The notes beneath the pieces were generated by a model. It did no database searches. It was not told the DNA's origin and saw only the letters and a program-made list of their open reading frames with translations. Shown in pieces: positions 1-6,599 of a DNA stretch of 32,000 nucleotides. Positions within the stretch are counted from its first letter, which is position 1; each line of letters starts with the position of its first letter. Position numbers and translations under genes: made by a program. Source of the stretch: Nitrososphaerota archaeon (GTDB lineage: Archaea; Thermoproteota; Nitrososphaeria; Nitrososphaerales; UBA57); NCBI GenBank assembly GCA_024860875.1, contig JACPSZ010000015.1:142650-174649 (forward strand). Reading direction: 5' to 3'.

Positions 1-2
1 TC

Positions 3-182
3 ACAATAGCAAGAGCAGTCGAAATCCAGTACGAAGTTGAAAAGAAGGTCGCAGATAATGACCGGAAACTGGGGGAACTGGAAAGGACGCATGTTAAGCT
101 CCTGGAGAGAGTTGATAGCCTCGAAAAGGAGACCAAGGCTATAAAGGGCATGCTTAGGAAGATTATCGAGAAGAAGGTTTAG
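3..182 (+). CDS. 3' end of a CDS truncated by the left window edge; coiled-coil-like C-terminus (59 codons visible)
   Basis: Frame 3 is open from the window edge to TAG at 180-182 (TIARAVEIQYEVEKKVADNDRKLGELERTHVKLLERVDSLEKETKAIKGMLRKIIEKKV*). The composition is charged and heptad-like. It is missing from the ORF track because it has no Met and is under 60 aa. No family recognised. Confidence 0.4.
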   Translation, partial: TIARAVEIQYEVEKKVADNDRKLGELERTHVKLLERVDSLEKETKAIKGMLRKIIEKKV

Positions 183-285
183 ATATTTTCCGTTCGACAG
201 GTAAATTCTATATTTTTCTTTGAAAAGGAATGTCAAAAGGAAAATAGCTAGATAAAACCTAAATAGGATTCCAAATATTTACAAC

Positions 286-447
286 ATGATGGTTCAGTAC
301 AATAGGATGAAAACCATCCAAGCGGTCCTGCTTCGCTTAGATCGGTTGGAAAGGGAGATTGCATCATTGCGCAATGATCTGGACCTGTATGGTAAGCGAG
401 TAAGGGCCTTCGTCTTAACGCACGAGGAGGAAGCTACTTACGATTAA
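286..447 (+). CDS. Small hypothetical protein (53 aa), coiled-coil-like
   Basis: ATG at 286 to TAA at 445-447 (MMVQYNRMKTIQAVLLRLDRLEREIASLRNDLDLYGKRVRAFVLTHEEEATYD*). An AT-rich stretch (gataaaacctaaatagg, 251-267) lies about 30 nt upstream. It is too short for the ORF track. Composition is the only support. Confidence 0.3.
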   Translation: MMVQYNRMKTIQAVLLRLDRLEREIASLRNDLDLYGKRVRAFVLTHEEEATYD

Positions 448-487
448 CCACCTACTTCTATATTCAAACCGAAACACTTATTTGCCT

Positions 488-524
488 ATTGACCTATGGA
501 GGTGTATAGAGGTCAATATTGACC
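488..524. promoter_or_regulatory. Operator-like cluster of three ATTGACC(T) half-sites
   Basis: ATTGACCT (488-495) and its exact reverse complement AGGTCAAT (510-517) are separated by 14 nt, and a third ATTGACC follows immediately (518-524). Tandem TATGGAGGT / TATAGAGGT lie at 495-503 and 505-513. The cluster sits upstream of the ORF519/RHH/integrase gene string. Function is inferred. Confidence 0.35.
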
Positions 525-794
525 AGTCATGGTGTAAGGAAAATCAGTGGGCTGTCACAACATTTGGGCGGGGCGATCAAGGTGAACTCCATCCCAAGGA
601 GCCTCGAACCGATCGTCATTACGTCCAGAAGCGAGTTTGCCAAGCTAATGGAGAGGCTCTCGTCCCTCCGTCAAGAGACGATCCTCCTGAGATATCGGGA
701 TGCAGAACTGGTGATGTGGGGAACGTACGTATTTGTGTTCAAAGAGGTGCTTGTGTCTGAGGATGGATCGAGGCCTACGTATCCGGATGTCTGA
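519..794 (+). CDS. Hypothetical protein (91 aa from a TTG start; internal ATG at 648)
   Basis: This is the only protein-like ORF filling the 240-nt gap between the operator-like cluster and the RHH gene (…PRSLEPIVITSRSEFAKLMERLSSLRQETILLRYRDAELVMWGTYVFVFK…). Its stop at 792-794 overlaps the RHH gene start region. No family recognised. Confidence 0.25.
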   Translation: MTSHGVRKISGLSQHLGGAIKVNSIPRSLEPIVITSRSEFAKLMERLSSLRQETILLRYRDAELVMWGTYVFVFKEVLVSEDGSRPTYPDV

Positions 795-1305
795 CTCCCA
801 GCATGATCGCTTGCTGAAGCAGGCTCGGGAGCGTGGCATGACAGCGAGTGCTTGGGTTCGACTGGTGATAGAGGCTTTAGAAATGAAACCAAACCTCTTT
901 TCTGGCGAGACCAGTACGCAGGATGTGATGAATCGTTTGCTTGAGGAGCGATTCAAAGCTCTGGATCAGAAGATTGAGTTGATTCCTCAGAAGATTAAGG
1001 AGGGTTTCTCGGACAGTAATACCATAGAGAAGAGTGTTCAGCATTTGAATTTGCGGAAGAGGCTACGGGTCATCATTCTAGACAGTCGCAATAGAGGAAA
1101 GGTAACGCAATGTAGCACTATCGAAGAGCTGCGCGACTTCGTTTGTGAGCAGGATCCCTCTCTCCGCGCAAACCTAGTTACGTCAAAGGACAACCCCACG
1201 ACTGATTTTGACTTTGTGTTCGTTGAGCTTGTAAGAGCAGGCGTTATTTCTACCGGTTCGTTCGAAACCATCGCATGGAATGCGGATAAGATGAAGGAGA
1301 TCTGA
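763..1305 (+). CDS. Ribbon-helix-helix (CopG/Arc/MetJ-type) DNA-binding protein with an uncharacterised C-terminal domain
   Basis: The N-terminus MDRGLRIRMSDSQHDRLLKQARERGMTASAWVRLVIEAL fits the strand-helix-helix pattern of CopG (LTITLSE / SVLENLEKMAREMG / LSKSAMISVALENY). The strand LRIRMSD requires the ATG at 763 (or TTG at 733) rather than the ATG at 787. The stop at 1303-1305 lies 3 nt before the integrase ATG. Confidence 0.7.
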   Translation: MDRGLRIRMSDSQHDRLLKQARERGMTASAWVRLVIEALEMKPNLFSGETSTQDVMNRLLEERFKALDQKIELIPQKIKEGFSDSNTIEKSVQHLNLRKRLRVIILDSRNRGKVTQCSTIEELRDFVCEQDPSLRANLVTSKDNPTTDFDFVFVELVRAGVISTGSFETIAWNADKMKEI

Positions 1306-1308
1306 ACG

Positions 1309-2316
1309 ATGATAAATCTGGACAGGTTTCTCTCCAGCGAATTCGATACCCGGACGAGAGATCGCAGCACTCTCGCAGTTGAGAGATCTAATGAACCGCC
1401 GTTGGGCGTTAAGCAGTCTAGACTAGATCTTCAGCTACCTGAACCCGCTAACCGTTTTCTCAGGAATCTGGAAACAAGGTCGATTTTCTACCAAAAGAAC
1501 ATGCGAATGCTCCTACAGCATTTTCTTGCATTTCAGCTGGCAAAAGGGAAGAATATTGACCACTTCACGAGAGATGATCTAAATGGCTTTTTGAAAGTCA
1601 AAAGAAAGACCTGTAACGACCGAAGTATCAAAAACTATGGTTGTTGGCTTCAAGTATATTCGACTTTTCTTTGGGAAGAAAGTTACCTGTCGCGGGATGA
1701 GTATGACAAAATCTGCCGAGAGGTGCGGAAACTAAAGGCTCCTGAGACGAAGCGGATGGCCTTGACAGATCAGCAACAGGAAGTATTGTTTGAAAAACTA
1801 TGTAACATGTTATACTACCGATTCCTCTTATTTCTTGGACTAAATTTCGGGCTACGCCGTATCGAATACGTTCGTTTAAAAATGGAAGATATCGACTTGG
1901 AGGCCTTTCAACTCCTGATTAGGGGGAAGGGCAAGAAGAACCGGAGTATTGCCTTCAATGACGAGGCCGCCGTCACTTTTCGTCTTTTTATGGAACTGCG
2001 AGCAACGTTTTCTCCCTCTCATGATTTTGTATTGTTCCGTATCGGACGTCTTGACAACCCCCCAGATGAAGCTTTCATTAGCCACAGCTTCGTAATCATA
2101 TCCAGAATTACCGGAGTGCATGTGACTCCCTACAGCCTTCGATATACCTTTGGAGTAAGATTGTGGAAGGAAGGTTTGGATATAGTAACCATCAGCAGAC
2201 TATTTGGGCATTCCAAAATAGACCAAACAAGAAGCTATATGAAAATAGAAGAGCGCGAGTTCGATGAAAGATATCGGCAGCATCTGAAGATGCGAGTAAC
2301 TTCGCAGCTGCTTTGA
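1309..2316 (+). CDS. Tyrosine recombinase / integrase (XerC/D-like, phage-integrase family)
   Basis: Catalytic-domain motifs occur in the canonical order: GLRRIEYVRL (Arg I), RGKGKKNRSI (Lys), TPYSLRYTFG (H/Y-x-x-R box), and GHSKIDQTRSYM (His II plus the catalytic Tyr). The N-terminal region resembles a SAM-like core-binding domain. Confidence 0.9.
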   Translation: MINLDRFLSSEFDTRTRDRSTLAVERSNEPPLGVKQSRLDLQLPEPANRFLRNLETRSIFYQKNMRMLLQHFLAFQLAKGKNIDHFTRDDLNGFLKVKRKTCNDRSIKNYGCWLQVYSTFLWEESYLSRDEYDKICREVRKLKAPETKRMALTDQQQEVLFEKLCNMLYYRFLLFLGLNFGLRRIEYVRLKMEDIDLEAFQLLIRGKGKKNRSIAFNDEAAVTFRLFMELRATFSPSHDFVLFRIGRLDNPPDEAFISHSFVIISRITGVHVTPYSLRYTFGVRLWKEGLDIVTISRLFGHSKIDQTRSYMKIEEREFDERYRQHLKMRVTSQLL

Positions 2317-2389
2317 GTGAAAGCGACTGTGAATAGTGTCGACACATATACTCCATAAGGGAGGATAGTGATGTTACATGTACCCCATT

Positions 2390-2467
2390 TTGGATATCCA
2401 ATCGTGGTCGGAAAGTTAACATTAGGGATGATGAACTACTATTTTCAACCACATTTGGATATCCAAA
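2390..2467. repeat. Two copies of the perfect palindrome TTGGATATCCAA, 65 bp apart
   Basis: TTGGATATCCAA occurs at 2390-2401 and 2455-2466. The second copy extends to the 14-bp perfect palindrome TTTGGATATCCAAA (2454-2467). Both are preceded by CATT(T). They lie in the convergent gap between the integrase stop (2316) and the AbrB-like gene stop (2502). Confidence 0.7.
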
Positions 2468-2501
2468 ACTGAGCTTGGCATTAACTTCTGCTCAGGCCAG
2501 T

Positions 2502-2672
2502 CTAAGCTTTTCTGATGTGAATCCTACCTTTTTCGTCAAGTAAGAAGGCAATCTTGTCACCTTTCTTGATTTTCAATCGGCTCACAACCTCTTGAATTAG
2601 GGTCACTCTGCAACTCTTACTATCGACGCTTACCACGCTTGCTAATCCTAGTATTTTTTCGGACATCGGCAT
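2502..2672 (-). CDS. AbrB/MazE/SpoVT-type swapped-hairpin DNA-binding protein
   Basis: SVDSKSCRVTLIQEVVSRLKIKKGDKIAFLLDEKGRIHIRK fits the family pattern (x-GR-v-t-IP-x-evr-x-lgix-GD-x-v-x-f). The ORF track starts it at 2711. I prefer the ATG at 2672 (or 2666) because the palindromic TATA-like box at 2698-2705 would otherwise lie inside the gene. Confidence 0.75.
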   Translation of the reverse strand: MPMSEKILGLASVVSVDSKSCRVTLIQEVVSRLKIKKGDKIAFLLDEKGRIHIRKA

Positions 2673-2697
2673 CCACCTTAGGAGGTCTACAACAACC

Positions 2698-2747
2698 TTT
2701 ATAAACCTCACTTTAGACCTCCATTGACCTATAGAGGTTGATGGAGG
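2698..2747. promoter_or_regulatory. Divergent promoter/operator region between the AbrB-like gene and the nuclease gene
   Basis: A palindromic TTTATAAA (2698-2705) lies about 30 nt from the minus-strand ATG at 2672 and about 39 nt from the plus-strand ATG at 2741. ATTGACCTATAGAGGT (2723-2738) matches 488-503 at 15 of 16 positions. The inverted repeat CCTCCAT (2718-2724) / ATGGAGG (2741-2747) brackets it and covers the start codon. Confidence 0.4.
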
Positions 2748-3559
2748 ATTTGGCTGCCCAAGATACTTCTACACCGTCGTACAGATCTCTGCTAAATGAA
2801 TACAAGCAGATGGTTGAGAGTATCGCCTCCGCGTTCAGCTCATCAGAAAAACCTTCACCCGCGAGGATCATGAGTCTGCTGTCGAGCCATTCCTGCGATC
2901 TCTATGTAAAACATGCCCTAGCGACCAAAAGCGATTATTCGAATAACAAGAGCGATAATTATTTTCTTGAGAAACATGAGTACGCTCTTAGGAAGCTTGT
3001 AGAGAGGCTGAAGACCGAGCTTCTGAAGCACGGAATGAGTTTCCATGTTTACACTGAAGCTGATTCAGAAGTAGGCCACTTCGATGTTCTGATCAAAACC
3101 AATGGCAGCACTGTTGAGCTTGAGATGCCAAAGGGTAGAGTTGTAATTGAGATGAAGACAGGTTTCTCCATTAATCTGAGCCAGCTCGAGAGGTATCTAT
3201 TGGATACCCCAACGCTGATTCTCTGTAGGATATTGCCAGGCCATGTTATGTGTATAAGAGCCGAAGATTACTCAGAATTGCTGACAGAGAGTCTCGCGGA
3301 TCAGTTAGATAAGGCAGACCGAATTCTTGAGGGTCAACCCATTCTTGTGCCGGGAACAGATTGCTACGGCTGTAAAGCTGATTGTCCTTACGCCAAGCCT
3401 CCACGATGGGAGGACCATAGAATTGTCCTGAGAAATGACAACTTTTCCGCGGACATGGATGTATACTTCAAAAACCTGTACCCGTGCATCAAGACTACGG
3501 TTGATCTAGCCTTGCAAGAGCTTAATGTGCATAAAGGTGGTTTTGAAGTAGATGGCTAG
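2741..3559 (+). CDS. Cas4/RecB-like PD-(D/E)xK nuclease with a putative Fe-S Cys cluster (stand-alone, no CRISPR context)
   Basis: The motif order matches the Cas4/DUF83 layout. It runs: N-terminal Cys (SHSCDLY, codon 2894-2896), D in GHFDVLIK (3083-3085), E-x-K in VVIEMKTG (3149-3157), Q-x3-Y in SQLERYL (3182-3196), then the C-terminal DCYGCKADCPY (C-x2-C-x3-C, 3362-3385). The CDS itself is robust (272 aa). The family assignment is by motif only. Confidence 0.55.
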   Translation: MEDLAAQDTSTPSYRSLLNEYKQMVESIASAFSSSEKPSPARIMSLLSSHSCDLYVKHALATKSDYSNNKSDNYFLEKHEYALRKLVERLKTELLKHGMSFHVYTEADSEVGHFDVLIKTNGSTVELEMPKGRVVIEMKTGFSINLSQLERYLLDTPTLILCRILPGHVMCIRAEDYSELLTESLADQLDKADRILEGQPILVPGTDCYGCKADCPYAKPPRWEDHRIVLRNDNFSADMDVYFKNLYPCIKTTVDLALQELNVHKGGFEVDG

Positions 3560-3707
3560 GAATCTCGCGCGCTCTGATGACATAATCGTCCGCGTGAAAC
3601 CATCCCAACCACGATGAATTCCGCTAGCTTCTTCTTCCTTTCGACCTTCCACATCCGAATTATGAGTAGAAAATGATATCAAACCCCTGTTTTGAACTAT
3701 CGCGCCC

Positions 3708-4043
3708 TTGAATCAAGAAATGCTAGCGCTAGGTGGGATAGTTGGAACCATAGGTCTTGCATTGTTTACACTCTATTCTTGGGAGGTCCACCGCAGAGAG
3801 AGGAAGGTTAGGCTGCTCCTTACTCCGTACTGTACCGACTCAAGGCTATCCATAGCCGCGATGGAGGTCGCAGTCATTATGCGAGACACAAAATGGGTCG
3901 GAGAGCAAAGTATTGATGCAGCCGTTTCTAATTCAGTACAAAAGAAGTTTCTTAGATTGGATCTCCTAGATCAGGTGCCTCTGTTCTCGGTTGGCTTTTT
4001 TGTACTAGGGATTGTCTTGGCGGTCTATGCAACGATCCTCTAA
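3708..4043 (+). CDS. Small membrane protein, two predicted TM helices
   Basis: Hydrophobic segments occur at both ends (LALGGIVGTIGLALFTLYSW and VPLFSVGFFVLGIVLAVYATIL). The start is TTG at 3708 or ATG at 3720. No family recognised. Confidence 0.55.
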   Translation: MNQEMLALGGIVGTIGLALFTLYSWEVHRRERKVRLLLTPYCTDSRLSIAAMEVAVIMRDTKWVGEQSIDAAVSNSVQKKFLRLDLLDQVPLFSVGFFVLGIVLAVYATIL

Positions 4044-4052
4044 GGCCTAGGC

Positions 4053-4466
4053 CTACCGTTCTTTTTTAGTTAGCATATTGGCATTCTTGTGAATTTTAAA
4101 CAGGAAGATCATAGAAGCCTGTATGAATTCGTTCATATCTTGTTTCTGCAGGAATTTCTTGATACTCATAAGATAATTCCTAAGAATCGGTCTTGCGGCA
4201 CTAATGGCCTCCGAATTCAGTTCGTACCATTCCTCTTTATCTGATTGATATGAATACCGAACTGACTCAATAAGCGCCCAAACCAAGAAGTGCAGGAATC
4301 TACTCTCGGGAGTCTCATTGAGCTCGGTCGCGATTTCAAGCTTGGTCGAGATTGCTGGCAGGAGAGTGAGCGTCTTTCTGATATCTTCTTTTCTGTCTAC
4401 AGAACCCAATACTGTGTCCGTGGCCTCGCTACTTAATTTAACAACTTCTTTTGGTAGCTTGATCAT
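4053..4466 (-). CDS. Hypothetical protein (137 aa), predicted all-helical; third gene of the orphan operon
   Basis: Clean ORF lying 12 nt downstream of the preceding gene. No recognisable motifs. Confidence 0.65.
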   Translation of the reverse strand: MIKLPKEVVKLSSEATDTVLGSVDRKEDIRKTLTLLPAISTKLEIATELNETPESRFLHFLVWALIESVRYSYQSDKEEWYELNSEAISAARPILRNYLMSIKKFLQKQDMNEFIQASMIFLFKIHKNANMLTKKER

Positions 4467-4478
4467 TTGAGTCCCTGA

Positions 4479-4937
4479 TCACCTTGTTAGCGCCAGAGGA
4501 ATGACTGGCGATTTATCAACCCCTCTGCCAAAGTATTTAGGAATACCGAATCCGCTCGCCTTCTCCTGCATGTTTATGGATATCAACACATATTTTTTCT
4601 CAGACGCTTGAATATATTCTTTGCCGGATTCTAATCCGTGATGCTCTAGCACCTCGTCAAAATACCCTAATCCCCGAGTTTCCTTGCGCCTAAAACTGAG
4701 CTTTTCGATGTCCCAAGTTGCAATTATCCCCACTCCCTTCGACTCTAGCAAGTCAGCGGGAGAAATTTCTCCCTCCTCAATCGCGATTGCCTTGTGTAAT
4801 ACGTCCTCTGTCAGGATATCAGAATCTTCTACTAACATTACCTGCTGTATCGTGTTCGCGAGCCTCGATGCCTTCTTGCCCAGTCGTTCGGCTAACGCTA
4901 GAAGTTTTTCAGGCTCCGCATCAATAATAATTGCCAT
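4479..4937 (-). CDS. Hypothetical protein (152 aa), alpha/beta with acidic strand ends; second gene of the orphan operon
   Basis: Clean ORF lying 17 nt downstream of the preceding gene. Acidic residues sit at the ends of predicted strands (AIIIDAE, VMLVEDSD, IIATWD). No family recognised. Confidence 0.7.
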   Translation of the reverse strand: MAIIIDAEPEKLLALAERLGKKASRLANTIQQVMLVEDSDILTEDVLHKAIAIEEGEISPADLLESKGVGIIATWDIEKLSFRRKETRGLGYFDEVLEHHGLESGKEYIQASEKKYVLISINMQEKASGFGIPKYFGRGVDKSPVIPLALTR

Positions 4938-4954
4938 CTGTCGTACTCCTAGCC

Positions 4955-5422
4955 CTATTCGAGCTTCTCCTTAATATATCCTGATACCTTAGCGTCTTTC
5001 AGGAACATTGTCAACAAACGCTGTCTGAGTTCGATTCTAGACTGTGCCGTGGCTTCAGGTATTATTTCCCGATAGCTCTCAAACAGAAACAGAAAAATTG
5101 TCACGGCAGCGATGCATTGATCTTCCTTAAGAAGTATAACGTTAGCGTGATTCTCAACTAGGTACTTGGGTAAATCCTTTGGCGTTGACACGAGTATTAG
5201 AGGGATCTGAGGAACATCAGTAGCGCCTACGTGATAGGCCAGAAAGACGCGATTATCCGCTAGTTCCTCTCCGATGGACAAAACACCAAACGCAATATCC
5301 TTCTCGTGTGAACTGAAAGGGAATTTATGTGAAACGACAGTCCACCCGCTTTCCTTCACATGCTTTACGATCGAAGAGGTGATTTTCGAGGTATGGGTTT
5401 CCGCCACCATTACTGCCAGCAT
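4955..5422 (-). CDS. Hypothetical protein (155 aa), flavodoxin/receiver-like beta-alpha alternation; first gene of the orphan operon
   Basis: Clean ORF with an ATG start. Strand-like segments are MLAVMVAE, IAFGVLSIG, VFLAYHVG, IPLILVSTP and NVILLKED, followed by a C-terminal helix. There is no receiver acidic pocket. No family recognised. Confidence 0.7.
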   Translation of the reverse strand: MLAVMVAETHTSKITSSIVKHVKESGWTVVSHKFPFSSHEKDIAFGVLSIGEELADNRVFLAYHVGATDVPQIPLILVSTPKDLPKYLVENHANVILLKEDQCIAAVTIFLFLFESYREIIPEATAQSRIELRQRLLTMFLKDAKVSGYIKEKLE

Positions 5423-5446
5423 CTACATTACATTCTGAAAATGGAG

Positions 5447-5459
5447 GGCTATTATAGCC
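5447..5459 (-). promoter_or_regulatory. Palindromic TATA-like element upstream of the orphan operon
   Basis: GGCTATTATAGCC has 6-bp perfect arms around a central T. Its centre is 31 nt upstream of the ATG at 5422, which is the spacing expected for an archaeal TATA box with a very short leader. Confidence 0.3.
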
Positions 5460-6074
5460 TTTTCTTTGTTAGCGCTGTTAATCCGACGTCTGTGAACAAA
5501 AAAGACACGGGGATGCGTATGGATATGCGCGCTCGTCAAAAGCTGAGGTAAGGGACATTCCGCACAGATTCTTGTTTGCAAATCCCACCCCCCGCATTTT
5601 CAATAACTACCTAATTCTCCACATGCTCACCCGTCTGGAAAGGAGCCAAATAGAGTCATTTATTGCCGTGGTTAGAAGAATCGTCATCAGAGTTACAGCA
5701 TAAAGCTTAGGCGTCGGGAACTGTATGTTAGTTCTGACATTAACGGGCCAATTCCCTGCCTCCCCATTATAAGCTCCATAATTATCACGCCTATCATAGC
5801 GCGTAGCGCGCTCTTCGAGTAACTTTGGGAGCACTGAACTATCACGAATTTCCCGGGGGCAGGTGCACGGTGCCACGGGAGATCCATGAATGTAGGTCGA
5901 AACATACACCTGCTTCACTCCTACATTTACTCGGCAAGATGCCTATTGGTCAGAGTCTTGGAATTGATTAATCCCGTTATTCACCACGGATATAGACCTC
6001 TTCTCCATCATGCTTAAATCCAATCCTATTCATATCAGGATTTCTTGGATAATCAAAAGTTAGGATTGACCGTG

Positions 6075-6209
6075 ATGAGCGAACTGCTTGAATATCCTTC
6101 AATGTGTGGCAACTGTGGTAGACCAGTCTATCTCGTGGAAGGTATCAGGTATTGTGTAAGTTGTAGCACGGAAATATCGGCGTGCAAATGCCCCAAGGCA
6201 ACCTTCTAA
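6075..6209 (+). CDS. Small zinc-ribbon protein (44 aa)
   Basis: The product is MSELLEYPSMCGNCGRPVYLVEGIRYCVSCSTEISACKCPKATF*. It has two CxxC pairs (CGNC, CVSC) plus CKC. ATTGACC lies directly upstream (6065-6071). It is too short for the ORF track. Confidence 0.35.
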   Translation: MSELLEYPSMCGNCGRPVYLVEGIRYCVSCSTEISACKCPKATF

Positions 6210-6599
6210 ATCTTAGACCAAGATACACGGAAGTCTATTTAATACAGCCTACTCGCTGCATGGCTGAAAGTATCGGGTTCTTTGAAGAAGACTTACCTAG
6301 TAGCAGCAGTTAGAACCTTATCGACTATTAGAATGAAGGTTCCGTTAACTTGCCCTGACATGTTTATGATAACACTGGGACACTTACCCAACACACCCAC
6401 CCCTGCATTCCAGCTTCCAACTGATGTTTAGGTTAGAAGATCGTTGGACCAAAAAGTATGGTCTTATCGCTCTTAAGATAGTCATAAATCTATTCTGGAG
6501 ACAACCTTAACGGTAGACCTGTGCCTGAACCCATGATCTGGCATTACTTATCTTTAGTCAGGATTACGCATATTAGGAGGCTAGGTTACGTCGAGGCGG

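Larger units (their letters stand above)
482..5459. mobile_element. Core of a putative integrated or cryptic mobile element (integrase module plus accessory cargo); true ends unresolved
   Basis: A contiguous run of RHH regulator, tyrosine recombinase, AbrB-like regulator, Cas4-like nuclease and orphan genes, with housekeeping carbohydrate genes to the right. The motif ATTGACCTAT(G/A)GAGGT occurs at 488-503 and 2723-2738. No att direct repeats or tRNA target were found in the window. Confidence 0.45.

Noticed and set aside
482-760. 92-aa plus-strand ORF overlapping ORF 519-794 in another frame
   Set aside because: The product is Cys/Arg/Gln-rich and unlike a real protein. Frame 519-794 reads as more plausible, though it is itself weak.
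2192-2452. 86-aa minus-strand ORF spanning the integrase 3' end and the first palindrome
   Set aside because: It overlaps the integrase catalytic-Tyr region in antisense and has a poly-Ser low-complexity start.
2428-2472. C/D-box sRNA candidate: ATGATGA (2428-2434) with CTGA (2469-2472) downstream, between the twin palindromes
   Set aside because: The span is only 45 nt, and there are no internal D'/C' boxes and no terminal stem. ATGATGA and CTGA are expected to co-occur this closely by chance.
5575-5601. tRNA 3'-end-like string ttgcaaatcccaccccccgca (resembles T-loop, T-stem and acceptor)
   Set aside because: No complementary T-stem or acceptor 5' strand lies upstream, and the rest of a cloverleaf is absent. 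At most it is an att-type tRNA fragment, which cannot be shown without the parent tRNA.
5607-5918. 103-aa minus-strand ORF (MKQVYVSTYIHGSPVAPCTCPREIRD…)
   Set aside because: It is not listed as a feature. It has no promoter-like box, no family motif and an overlapping alternative-frame ORF (5693-5905). It is mentioned only in the low-coding-region finding.
5584-6409. Imperfect direct repeat CCCACCCC(CC/T)GCATT at 5584-5598 and 6396-6409, considered as element boundaries
   Set aside because: It is short, contains an indel and is C-rich low complexity. It does not bracket the integrase and is plausibly chance.
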